From the NCBI GenBank assembly GCA_951406725.2, contig OX597816.1, positions 93,062,001 through 93,126,000 on the forward strand: 64,000 nucleotides of DNA, written 5' to 3'. This stretch comes from Octopus vulgaris (Eukaryota). The stretch's first letter is position 1; every line of letters begins with the position of its first letter. The notes below the pieces were generated by a model. That model searched no databases and had not been told where the DNA came from. It was given only the letters and a program-made list of their open reading frames with translations. This document shows, in pieces, positions 25,797 to 38,445 of the stretch. The position numbers were made by a program, and so were the translations under genes.

Positions 25797-27992
25797 GCAG
25801 TTGATAATGACAAAGATTATGACAACGATGATGACAAGGGAAAGAGGTCAGTGTTCAAATTTCTTTCACTTGTCATGGTCAATCTACTCAATCTACTCAA
25901 TGAACTCTCCTTAAAATAATATTGTTCAATTAAAAATTTCCTTTGTTTGCTATTGTGGAGGCAGTTTGTATGGTTGCAATGCAGTCATTAAACTAAATAA
26001 ATGAATAAATAAAACATTTCTTTTAATTAAAAAAAAAAAAGAAAAAAAACTATAATAAAAAAGAAATAGTTTTGTCATTGTACATAAATCATTCATCATT
26101 GCCTCCATGAGACCCAACACTTGAAAGGAGCTTTTCATGTGCCAGTTACATGACGCACGCATTGGCCACAACTACAATATACATATTGGATTCATATTTT
26201 GGCGCAAGGCCAGCAATTTTGGAGGAGAGGGTAAGTCTATTACATCAATCCCAGTATGCAACTGGTACCTGTATTACTGACCCCAAAAGGATGGAAAGCA
26301 AATTTGAGCTTGCTGGTATTAGAACTCAAAGCATAAAGCCAAATGAAATGTCACTAAGCATTTTCCTCATTATGCACCACTATGCCATCATGTCCTACTC
26401 TGCCATCTCATTGCCTTAATCAATGATATAAATATTAAGATACATTTACAAAGGGATAAAAGACTACCTTTTCTCTTAACAATGTACATTCAGTCGAAGG
26501 TCTCCAAGTCAAATCCTTTTATAAATAAGTAATTTAATGTTTAAAATCTAAACTAAAATATGATAATTATCAGAACCTAATTTTACTATATTCCTAAATA
26601 GAACTAATGCATGTGGGGAAGATTAAAAATAGAATGTGATGTTTGAAGAGAAAGGATTGAAAAAATTTACAGTTAGGATTCAAATAAAATTAATATATAC
26701 ATAGAAATTATAAGAACCAAAAATGAAATTCTCTAAGATGCACTGTTTTCTTCCTAAATCAAGAAAAACAGATATGAATAGTAGTTATTTGGTCTTTTTA
26801 TCCATTTGACTGATAAGTAGCTTCTCTGCAAAGTTGTGATACATTATTTCAAAAAGGATTAGAAATTATTTAAAGTCTAACTTAGACTAATCTTTAAAAA
26901 CAAGATAAGATGTAAAACTTAATCTTTTAAATATAAAAAATATTAAAACAGACCGAGTTCTACAAATTTACAAACTTCTTTTTATTCATCGTTATAAACA
27001 TCTAAATACCCAAATAACCTTTTCACCATAATCTAATGTGTGTGTGTGTGTGTGTGATAAGTTTGGCCAGTCAGTAAGTTTTTTATTACAAAGATAAATA
27101 CAGGTATATCAAAAACCATACAACATAAATTATCCTTTGTCTTTTACTGGTTTCAGTAATTAGACTGCAGCCATGCTGGGGTACTACCTTGAAGGATTTT
27201 TAGTTGAATGAGTTGACCCCAATATATATATATATATATATATTAGTCTGGTTTTTATTCTTTGGGTTTGTTTGCTTGAACCACTAACTTATGGGGACAT
27301 AAACACACCAACACCATTTGTCAAGTGGTGGTACTGATAGTGGGAGTCAAACATAGACACACATCCACTCGCACAGCTTTGGTTGGCCCGAGGCTATAGA
27401 AGAAAACACTTGCCTTGGATGAGATGCAGTGAGACTGAATCCAGAACCATGTGGCTGAGAAGCAAACTTCTTACCTCACAGCCACTCCTGCACTTAAATT
27501 CTCGATTTATTAAAATTATATCCACCTCTGGAGGATACATCACAATTACAAAATAGCAATTAAGACCATCTCCACTTGAGAAGGGGAGATCATCAAGAAT
27601 TCTTCCCAATTAACATGCCAATAAGGAAAAGGACATGTTTATTGTCAGGAGATAAGCAGGCAGTTGTGGACACATGTTTCTGACACAATAGCCATCATCT
27701 GTGCAATAATTGAATGATCTCATCTACAGTAGCTAAAGGACTTGGATTTATATTAAAAAAAAACATTCATAATCTAGGTAATTTGCTTAATTAATCTACT
27801 CTGGTTCTGCAGCTTGCCTTTTATATATACAAACTAGTCATATCCAACCTCTCACACCTACTCTATAATGTCATTCTAAAAAATAAACATTCACATTATT
27901 GAAATCTTTAATCTACAAGATAATGCATGCTTGATTCAAAACAATATGAATGAATGAGCATTACATTTGACACAGCAATCTGAATGTTGAAA

Positions 27993-28566
27993 GGCCTCGA
28001 TGGGTCTTAATCCAGCCCTGTTTGCAAGTTTGAGAATAAAGGGAAGTCGTAAGTATATCTATGAATGTGATTGGGTAGGGTTTGGATTTGGTAAGGTGGT
28101 TGTCAATTGAAAGATTGGTCTATGATGATGATGATAATGATGAATTTGCATAATTTAAACAGAAATAAGCTCAGACAAATAACACAAAGTTGCCAGTGGC
28201 ATGCATTAGAATAATATAGGCCAAAACAGGTAATACTTGAATAACATATTTCTCAAGAGCTCGTTTTTGTTTAAATTATGAAAATTACCCAGGCCGAAAA
28301 CGTTTTTTGCTCTTTTTGTATTATTCTTACTTAAATAGTAACCTCTCTCTATCCATCCCTAATACTACTACTCATTTTCCTCGTTCCCCACACTCTTTAC
28401 ACCTTCAAGTAGTTCAAAGATTGACTAGCTCTTTGATAGACCAATCTTTTAATTGACAAACACCTTTCCAAATCCAAACTGTACCTTATCACATTCATAG
28501 ACATACCTAAGACTTTCCTTTATTCTAATACTTGCAAACAAGGCCAGATTAAGACCCATTGAGGCC
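27993..28566. repeat. 131-bp inverted repeat (27993-28123 / 28436-28566)
   Basis: Arms are reverse complements, e.g. gtcaattgaaagattggtctat / atagaccaatcttttaattgac. Confidence 0.85.
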
Positions 28567-28820
28567 CTAAGCACTTAAAAGATTTTGGTGCCCCCATAAA
28601 AATTATGTAATTTAAAATATAAACAATAACAAACCACGAAATAAATTTTTATTTTTCAAAACAAAGCAAAACAGTAAAAGGGAAAATAATGTTTATTTTT
28701 GTATACTTCCGCTTTATTTATTTTTCGAAAGTTTCCTCTGACCTTTTTGAATTGCTAATTCTTTGATCAGATCCTCAAAATTAATCTCAGGTAACACATC
28801 TGCATGTATACTTAGTAGAA
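28539..28820 (-). mobile_element. hAT transposon right-end remnant (ZMYM1-like dimerisation C-terminus)
   Basis: Terminal caaggccagattaagacc...gaggccctaagc...ggtgcccc; minus-strand peptide LSIHADVLPEINFEDLIKELAIQKGQRKL. Confidence 0.6.
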
Positions 28821-28880
28821 ATAAAAGCATCCTGAATATTATATTAGCAAGTTTAATGTGCTTTCTTTTGTGCTGTAAAC

Positions 28881-29166
28881 CAGTGCTTCTCAAACTATCT
28901 GATGAGGCATACCTGCAGATTTTTTTTTTCCAATGTGCCAGAGAGTGGTAATATTTCTTAATAATATTAATTTATACCTGAAACAGTATATATAATGAAT
29001 ATAAAAAAAGTTGATAATCTTTTTATATTTATTTTGAAAACAAATAATACAATATTACATAAGCATTTTATAATGTTTCTTTCTTTCCTGGAAACTCGCC
29101 GCATACTGGCAGTTGATGGCTCATGGACGGGAACCAGTCCACGGACCACTGCTTTGAGTAGCACTG
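28881..29166. mobile_element. hAT (Charlie-type) MITE
   Basis: TIRs cagtgcttctcaaa / tttgagtagcactg; perfect 8-bp TSD CTGTAAAC at 28873-28880 and 29167-29174. Confidence 0.9.
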
Positions 29167-29424
29167 CTGTAAACCATTTACCATTTCTATTGTGCTCCTG
29201 CCTTCCCTTGATGCCCCTAAGTACGTGGTTATTTTGCTTAATGGTTTATCCAGTGCTGCTTGCAAATGAATTCTAAAGAAAAAGAAACAAGGCTAATTTT
29301 TTAAGAAGCATTAAAATAAACATTCCCTCTATAATTCATGGAGTACTGTGTCTTAAACCATGGCTCTCTCTTCTTTTAAACAGGAACATACACAAAAGAT
29401 AGATAATTGTGTACAGGTATGTGT

Positions 29425-29544
29425 GTACATTATCATCATTATCATCAACATTGTCATCGTTATTGGTGTTGTCTTCCTCCTCCTCCTCTACTTCCTCCTC
29501 ACCATCACCACCCCCACCACCCCCACCATCATCACCACCACCAA

Positions 29545-29575
<31 letters not shown>

Positions 29576-29833
29576 ATTATTGTTGTTTTCTTCTTCCTCT
29601 GCCTATTCTTCCTCCCTCTCTTCCTCATTATCATTGTTATCATTGTCATCATCATCAACATGGTCATCATTATTGTAGTCTTCTTCCTTCTCCTCCTCCT
29701 TCTCATCATCATTGTCATCGTCAACATTGTTATTGTTTTCGTCTTCCTCTTACCCCTCCTCATCCTCATCATCATCATGACCACCACCACCATCTGCAGC
29801 AGCAGTAGCAACAACAACAACAGTAGCAGCAGC
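29425..29833. repeat. Long compound trinucleotide tract (CAT/CTT/CAC/CAG)
   Basis: Directly visible; source of poly-H/S/I ORFs. Confidence 0.9.
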
Positions 29834-31329
29834 AGAATGTGTTACTACTTATTCTGCCACACCGTCTGTTCTGCAATGATCACTTCTTGTTTCCTGTGCT
29901 ACTTCCAAATGGTGTCCATTTTCCTCATAGTCCTTTAATCCATACTTACTATTGGGCCACCCCTATGCCACCCTTGTTTCTCTATTCACTGCATTAGATT
30001 TTTTTTTTTGCTTCTGACCACCTCCACCCCTCTTTCCATACATCACTCACTTCTTCCTCTAGCATTCTAGCAACCTTTATCCTTCCTTTGTAATTCTTCT
30101 TGTTACCTTCAAGTAACAATATATATCTGACACTCACAAGGTTTTGGTTTGCCCCAGAGCTATAATAGAAAGACACTTGCCAAAGATACTATGCAGTGGG
30201 ACTGAACCCCAAACCATCTGGTTGGGAAGCAAACCTCTAACCAAACAACCACATCTGCACCTATATATGAGTGTGTGTGTGTGTGGACATGTGTATGCAT
30301 GTGTGTACACATGCTTGTGCACATGTGTCTCTATGCACGTGCATATGTGTCTGTCTATGTATGCATGTGTGTGAATGTGTGTTATGAATATTGTGCTGTT
30401 CATTGATTGATATTCACAGAGGAATATGTATATCTATTGGTTTGTCGTTTCCTAGTACTCTTTATCCCTAATACGTGCTTACAATTAAAGTTATGCAAAT
30501 AACTTTTAGTCTTCTTGCTAAACTACTCAGACATGTGCATTGCCTATTAAGTTTGCAGCAGACTTAATTTTCATATTTTAAAACCTAGAGATTTTTAGAG
30601 AGATTTTTAATATTTAACATAAGATTGGAAAATGTAAGATTTTTATCCATATAAGATGCTTATGTAGTCACAGAGATTTATATTCTGGAAGGAAAAACCT
30701 AAGATATTAATATTCATGCCTTTCCCATGAGGCATTAGTATCAAAACAGAAGTAAAATCTTTAGAATAAGAGATTAAAGTCTAGTGGGAAATTCAGCTTC
30801 CCGGACAGTTTTTTTTTTTACTCTGTAGTGTAGACCACCCTATGAAATATTCAAAGGAACGTCTATATGACTGCTCAGCCCATTATGATTAGCTGGCAAA
30901 TCTCACTAAAATCACTGCTTATCATCTTAAAAGGAGCAAGATATGTTGGCTAATGTAGTCCTGGATGAACTATATCTGAGAGAAAAATGGGATCCCACAG
31001 CTGAACACTTTTGATCATAAAACTGCTTGACCTGGGGTTAATTGGCAACAGTATTTGTCAATTAACCCCAGGTTAATTGACAACAGTATTTGTGATTGTT
31101 TACCAATGCCAGCTCTTCTTGTTAAGAAAAGGTGCATTATATTTGCTTGGCTTGAGTTAAAATGCTTTGAGATCATTAGTAATTGCGAGCTATGGTTCCG
31201 AATCACTAATGATCCCTCTTGCCAATCCCACATTCATAATTTTCAGTATGCCTACTGAAGTATAGGTTTTTCTTTCATATCTAAAATATACTTCAGTAAT
31301 GAACAGACTCCGCAAAATTAAAGTGAGAT

Positions 31330-31700
31330 CCACAATAAAACACTTTCTTCCATGTCTAGGATGGTGCCACTACTTCTTAGAGAAATATCCAAATGATTGA
31401 CAAGGATCAACTCAATGGCACACTCAAACCTTTAGCTTTGTGACCTCTTGCTTTTCACCTCTCTCTTCTATTATTTTTACAATGGCCTCTGCTCTTCACA
31501 GTTAGATAGATGTAAACCCTTTCCAATCAAGTCCACTCAACTCACCTGTCTCCTTTTCTTACTATTGAATCGGTATCCAACTTCGCACTTTCTGTACTAA
31601 TCACCTCACTCGATATTTTCCTTCCCAGAACAGTAATATTCTGGAATCATATTTTTTCTTCATTTGTTTCCACAGTTATCTACTGCTCACAGAAGTTCAA
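31330..31700 (+). mobile_element. CR1/Jockey-like LINE 3' remnant (tentative)
   Basis: LSL.YYFYNGLCS-like segment, similar to the remnant at 55020-55500. Confidence 0.35.
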
Positions 31701-31811
31701 GTTAAGCATTAGCCATGCTGATAACACTAGACCAGGAGGACATGCGAAGGTTCTTAAGCATAATCTCCTATTCTCAATTTAAACAATAGATTAGAATTTT
31801 AAACAAACTAA

Positions 31812-32181
31812 GGCGTAGGAGTGGCTGTGTGGTAAGTAGCTTGCTTATGAATCACATGGTTCCTTGGGCAAGTGTCTTCTACTATAGTCACAGGCCGACC
31901 AAAGCCTTGTGAGTGGATTTGGTAGACAGAAACTGAAAGAAGCCCGACATATATATGTATATATGTGTATGTTTGTGTGTCTGTGTTTGTCCCCCCAACA
32001 TTGCCTGACAACTGATGCTGGTGTGTTTATGTCACCATAACTTAGTGGTTCAGCAAAAGAGACCAATAGAATAAGTACTAGGCTTACAAAGAATAAGTCC
32101 TGGGGTCGATTTGCTTGACTAAAGGCGGTGCTCCAGCATGGCCACAGTCAACTGACTGAAACAAGTAAAAGAGTAAAAGAG
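31812..32181 (+). mobile_element. tRNA-derived SINE family A (near full length); further partial copies at ~18830-18960+, 24245-24660+, 27140-27493-, 30133-30262-, 38780-39085+, 62243-62397+
   Basis: ggcgtaggagtggctgtgtggtaag head, ccttgggcaagtgtcttctactatag core, gagtggatttggtagacagaaactgaaagaagccc, gtaaaagag tail repeat. Confidence 0.9.
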
Positions 32182-35100
32182 TTTGGTGATGTAACTCATA
32201 CAATTTTGTTGATATTTTGAGATTCTTGCCTGGGCCATAATAAATATACAACCTTCAATCTTACCTTTTGTGACTAGGAGACTACCATTCCAAATGGTAC
32301 ACTATCAATATGAAGGAAGTTGAAGAACCTGTTCATATATTTTTACTAGAGTATACAGACATCTGAACTTTGGAGCAAAGTAAGATCTAAAGAACAATAT
32401 TTTACATATCTTTGTATAATTGGGCAAAGATCCAATTTCACCTCAATATATGATTTGAATTAAAGAAAGATTTTAAAAAGCATTCATCTTTTATTTAAAC
32501 CTATTATCATGACCTGCAACAATTGACTAATTTAAAGTTACAAACTGCTATCAGCTTCCTCTAAAACATTTCTTACTCTAATACTTTGAATGTGTAATTC
32601 AAAGTTTTAATCCAAGAAGAAACATGTTTTATTGATAATGTGCTTTCAAAGTAAAACTAAGCAAATGTCCACAGTGTTTCTTTCAAGATATGTATTAATC
32701 TAAGCTTTGCTTTGATTTGACATGCATCACATTGCCTGTTTGATATAAGAATATGTTAAGTTGTATACTCCAACATGTCATTTCCTGTGATTGTGGGTGA
32801 ATAGTTAGTTCTGTTATTTAACTCAGAGTGCCTGCATTTATGACAGGTTCCCTTCAATCATTATAAAAACCTTCATCATCCCTTATTTTCTTCCTGTTGC
32901 AAAGAAGTTGGCATGTACTAAAGACTAATGAAGTAAAAAAAAAAAAAAACCACTAGATAGAATTTTTGGAGGAATAATGCAAAATCAGAACTTCAGATAC
33001 ATTAGATGTATATGAGTAAAAACATGTACAACAAATGGGTGTAATATATTGATAACTCAGAGATAATGGCTAAGTTCTGGTACCCAAGTAATGCAATTAG
33101 TGTTAAGATTAGACATGATAAAAGTATTTGAGTGAAGGTAAAGGAAATTGAAGGCATTGTTATCAAATGTGACTAAAAAACAAAAATCTTTCTCATTTAT
33201 GCATTAGACAGACAATATGGAGCAATCAGTAAGAAGTATAATCTTGTATAGCAGTGAAATATGGGAAGTAAGTGAGAAAGAATTGCAGTGATTGGAAACG
33301 AATGAACTAAAAATGTACTGGTGAATGTTCAGTATTTATTTATTAGAAAATCTGAGAACAAGAATATTGGCTGAGGAATGTTAATTTTTTATGGCTTAGT
33401 TAGGAAGGAAGGGATGTGCCATAACCTTTTTCTTGGGTTTCTTTGACTGGTTGAAGAAAAGAAGACTAACACTATGACTCATAGGTTATGGTAGTTGGAA
33501 GATACACATCAAGTAACCAAATTAGTCTTACGCAAGAGACTTAGTGCAAATGCTTGCAACAGAGTGAACTTTGTGAAAGATACCCATGCAGATGATGGCA
33601 AGGCAATGAATCAATTCTACTGTGGAACTCATAAGGATATGTAATGTTGGTAGCTATTGTATGTTAGATTTAAAAGAAGTAAATTTTCTATATCTTTATA
33701 GCAGTCACTTCCAACATTTCTCTGACTTTGTCACCTTATTTCCCTATGTTTAAGATACTAGGCTTACAAAGAATAAGTCCTGGGGTCGATTGTGCTCCTA
33801 CAAAATCTATGATTTCTTTAATATGTTTTCTCACTCTCTTCACACTTCACACACTTTTGTTTTCAAGTACAGACTTCGGCATTTTTGTCAATTGCTATTT
33901 AATGGGATTGAATTGACAGAAGCATTAAAACATCAGATAAAAAACCTTGTGGTATTTGTTCTGACTTTCTGCACATCATTAAAATTCTATCAAGGTCAGC
34001 TTTGCCTCATAACAAGGCTGATATTAAAAAAAAAAGGGGATTCATCTGGAATGGTGGATTGGTTGAATATTAAAATATCAGACAAGATGTTTTGTGATAT
34101 CTATTATAGTATCAATTCTATTTTTGTAGTCACCAGAAACAAAGGACTCTTCTGTACCAGCAACAACAGAAAAAAAAATGGTCATCATCTTGGGAAATAA
34201 GTGCCTAAGAATTTCAGCTGATCACTTTGCATGTCAGCTTGCTAGCTGGCAAGAGATAATATAAGAGGGCTTCATGCCCTGTGCCCTCAAATATGATACA
34301 GATGAGTATTTTAGATTTAAAACCTCACAACACCACTAACTAAATGGATATAGCCAATAAGAGTTTGTAACACACCTGAAGAAAATCACTGACTGATATG
34401 CTAAGCTTGTGTGTCTAGGGACCTCTGTTGGTTAGGTTTAACCTCATAACTGTATTCTTATACAAAGGTCTTCACAAGGATTTTTTTTTTCTGTGGAAGT
34501 TTGGTTGATGCTTCTGCATGCAAGTCTCTTCTTCCCATGTGACCAATGCTGTCCTAGGGCAGGGCTGCTTCATTTAGGCCAATACAACTTGGCACACCAT
34601 TATTGTGTGTAGCATTGCTGTCAGAATGCAAATGCCTGAATCAGATACCACAAAGCATCTTTTCCAACATTCTCCCAGTTCTATCAATCCACCAGCCAGG
34701 ATTGATAGTTTTTGTTGACTTTCAAAGGAAGAAAAGCATAGTTGATCTTGGCGAGATTGGAACGCAGAGAGTACGGAGCCAGAACAGTTGGCGCAAGACA
34801 AACACTCTAACAAATTTGTATATATATGTATGTAAGTACATGTGTGTGTGTGTATGTGTGCGCATCTATGTGTATGTTTATGCATATATATGTATGTATG
34901 TACATATGTGCATGTATATATACATATGTGTATGTATATATATTTGTATGCATGGACATTAAAGGATGATCATCATTATATTTACATTTATACATACGCA
35001 TGTATATAACCATATATATATATACATACTACATACATACACATATATATAGATATATATACATATATAGAGAGACACATATATACATCTATCTGACTAT

Positions 35101-36287
35101 CAATCTATCTATATATCTATCTATCTACTATCTTTCTACACACACATATGCACGTGTGTGCGTATGTGTCTATATGAGGGAATGGGAAAGAGTGCGTGTG
35201 TATATGTATGCATATTCATGTGCTTGTTATGTGTTATGCTTGCGTGTGTATACAAATTAACATATTTGCATGTATAGGAATAGAGAAGGTAATAAAAATC
35301 AAAACAAGCAAGCAAGGTTGGTGGTGGTGATGGGAGTGGGTGGGTAAGGAATAAATAAATTTATTCAATATTTCAACTTTAACTCTGCGCTGTTAAGTAG
35401 CATTTATTACCCTCCTCTTTCGATAGTAAAATGTCAAGACTTTCAATAATTTACATGAAGCACTACACATTACATGTTAAATTCCAATATTCTAAGGTTT
35501 TCGACTCAATCAGATGTTTATGCATATGTCTAAGTTGCATTGCACACAAGCACACACACACACATGCATAATCACACACACACATGCATAATCACACACA
35601 CACACACACAATCACACACACATATATATACATATATGTATACATATATATGTATAAATGTATACCTATATATATAGATATATTATATGTATATATATAT
35701 ATTATATGTATATATATATACATATATATGTTTATGTATGTATGTATGTATGTATATATATACACACATATATATATATATACATATATAAACACACACA
35801 AGCACACACATACACACACATATATGAATTTATATATATATGTATGCATGTGTGTATATATATATATATGCTTGTGCGATGCATGTAGTGTGGCACTCAT
35901 ATATATGCGTGTGTTTGTGTGTGCATGTATATATATATATATTATATCTGTGATGAGATGAAGAAAGATGTAAAATTATGACTATTTATTGATTTTATAT
36001 AATAAAGTCATTTGCTTGACCTTTTCATGATTGACAGTATTCAACAATGGATAATCAATGGCATTTACTCTAGGAAAAAGGTGAATTGTGATGTGTGTGC
36101 CTTTTAAAAAGGACATTAGCGGCTTATGAAGTGAAACAAAACTGGGAATTAAAAATAGGTTGCAGACTTTGTTCACCAGGAACTTACTTTATTGCATTAA
36201 CACAACCATATGCATATACACACAGAACTTTATCTATCTATCTATCTATCTATCTATCAAGCTAACATTCTATCTATCTGTCTGTCT

Positions 36288-36372
<85 letters not shown>

Positions 36373-36686
36373 CATCAGGAGCAGCATTTACCATCTGTTT
36401 TCCATGCTGGCATGGGTTGGATAGCCTGACAGGAGCTGGCAAAGCCAGAGGCTGCACCAAGTTCCATACATACACACACATGCACACACACTCAAACTCA
36501 TCCCTACACACACACATATATATATATATAAACATATATACATACACAACCAAATACGTATATATACATGCATATATATCTATATGTGAAGGCGCATAGC
36601 TCAGTGGTTAGAGCATCAAGCATATATAAATATATATATATATTAATTAAATAGTGAGAAGATGGATTTGGTATTAAACTTTATAC

Positions 36687-36792
36687 TGTACAGTGTTCGT
36701 TTTGACCTGGCCTGCTATTGTCCCTTATATATGTAACGTTGTTCAGCCTGTTGTGTTGCATCCATTTTGCAGTCTGGGTCTCATCAGGTACA
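36687..36792 (-). ncRNA. Degenerate hammerhead with long stem-II loop
   Basis: TGTAC-CTGATGA-GACC...GGTC-AAAA-cgaacact-GTACA; stems I and II pair but G12 and stem III are mutated; insert lies between (TA)n runs. Confidence 0.4.
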
Positions 36793-37033
36793 TCCATAAA
36801 GATCTTGACTGTTGGCTGCCATATTGTTATATGTCCACCTAGTTTAGGAGTGAATAATATAATTACCCTAACTGGCATTGCAGGGTTCCTGAAGTAGATC
36901 CAACAGAAAAATATACCACAACTACAGATGACAACAGGTAACCCAAACTGTGCCAGTGCTCTACTCAACACTTAAACACACTAATCAACTTATACCTATT
37001 AGGCCAACATATATATATATATATATATATATA

Positions 37034-37339
37034 ACATACATATAAGAGGAATGACCACTAAGTGGACATACCTTATGCTAGAAGTTGACTCCCTATGGTT
37101 TTACCACTAAGAAAGGAATGTTCTCAAGAAAATTTAGCAAATGCCAAAACATAAGCGAGCAAGACAAATGAAAAGATACAAAATATACAGATTAATCACA
37201 AACTAGTTTTGTGCCCACTTACATTTTGGCATTTGCTAAATTTTCTTGAGAACATTCCTTTCTTAGTGGTAAGACCATAGGGGGTCGACTTCTAGCATAA
37301 GGTATGCCCACTTAGTGGTCATCCTTCTTATATGTATGT
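37034..37339. repeat. Foldback element between (TA)n runs (arms ~37034-37155 / 37217-37339)
   Basis: accactaagaaaggaatgttctcaagaaaatttagcaaatgccaaaa / ttttggcatttgctaaattttcttgagaacattcctttcttagtggt. Confidence 0.9.
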
Positions 37340-38212
37340 AATATAATTTTTCTTAATCTTCAGATTTTTGTGTATGCTAGACCACTGGTTTTAAATTGAT
37401 ATTAATCAAATTAATATGCAATTTTTCACCCTTATCATTTTAAATTTATATATATATATATAGGTGAATGAAATATCCTATGTTTATCGTCAGCATGGAA
37501 AATTCGTTGAACCGAAACCAGGGTAGCAAATTCACGTCAGAAACACGGTTGAAGCAACCTGTCCGAGGGTAGAAACTCCGGGTTCATGTGCAGAAATTTG
37601 TGTGTTGTATATGAATAAATGAAAGAATGGAGTCGAACGAAGATGATAACAAAATTCCTTTACTCTCGACATATGTTTTGAAGACAACATGGTTTCATTC
37701 CAAAGGAATAAAGGGTGCATTATGCAATCTTCTCATCAGGAAAGAAAGGGAGCCTCTCTCGACAACAAGACAAACAAAAATTTCAATGACTGCCAACATG
37801 GTAAACAAAACGATAATGGGTGTTTTTAAAAAAGCCGTTAGAAGAATTGACGTCAAAGATAGATAGTAGGAAGAGAAGGGTTAAAGGAATAATAGGTAGG
37901 GAACAAGTGGAGAGGGAAGGGTACGTTGATTGAAAGAATGTTCGAATGCTTAGGAAAGAATTTCGCTATTGAATTGGAGTGCACGTTAAGCTAATTGTTC
38001 AAACCACAGTGTCTATCGTTATCATTTATATGAGTAAAAAGTATGTTTCTGCCAGTGTTTACATTTGTATGATTTTTCTATGAGTGTGTTTAGAGAAGAG
38101 AATGTGGAAGAGTTCAGAGTTGCAAATGTTACAAAATCTCCTGCCCTTATCAAAAGGGAAGGATACAGACAGTATGAACCAATATATTAAATATATATAT
38201 ATTAAATATATA

Positions 38213-38445
38213 CATATTAAAAATGGGGAAGGCCAGTTTATGGGATTAATTTAGGTTTCCCATCCATAAAGGTTTAGCTTTATGGCATATCACCAAACCC
38301 CAAATATCTGTTTGCCCATGACCTCCATTTTCAATAGGTCATGGGCCAATAGGTTTTGAGGATCTGATGATATGCCATAAAACTAAACCTTTATGGACGG
38401 AAACCTAAGGTAATCCCATAAACCGACCTTCCTCGTTTTAAATAT
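38213..38445. repeat. Foldback element with ~11-nt loop in a TA-rich context
   Basis: cccatgacct / aggtcatggg at centre; ccataaaggtttagctttatggcatatca / tgatatgccataaaactaaacctttatgg. Confidence 0.9.
38360..38416 (+). ncRNA. Type-I hammerhead ribozyme in right arm of foldback
   Basis: GGAT-CTGATGA-tatg CCATAAA..TTTATGG acg-GAAA-CC taa GG-TA-ATCC; stems I and III perfect, GUA triplet, base of stem II irregular. Confidence 0.7.

Noticed and set aside
28899-28930. CTGATGA inside the hAT MITE (also at ~39535 and ~56551)
   Set aside because: No downstream stem II-GAAA-stem III arrangement
36591-36621. tRNA gene (ggcgcatagctcagtggttagagc)
   Set aside because: Only the 5' A-box half followed by (TA)n; a truncated SINE head
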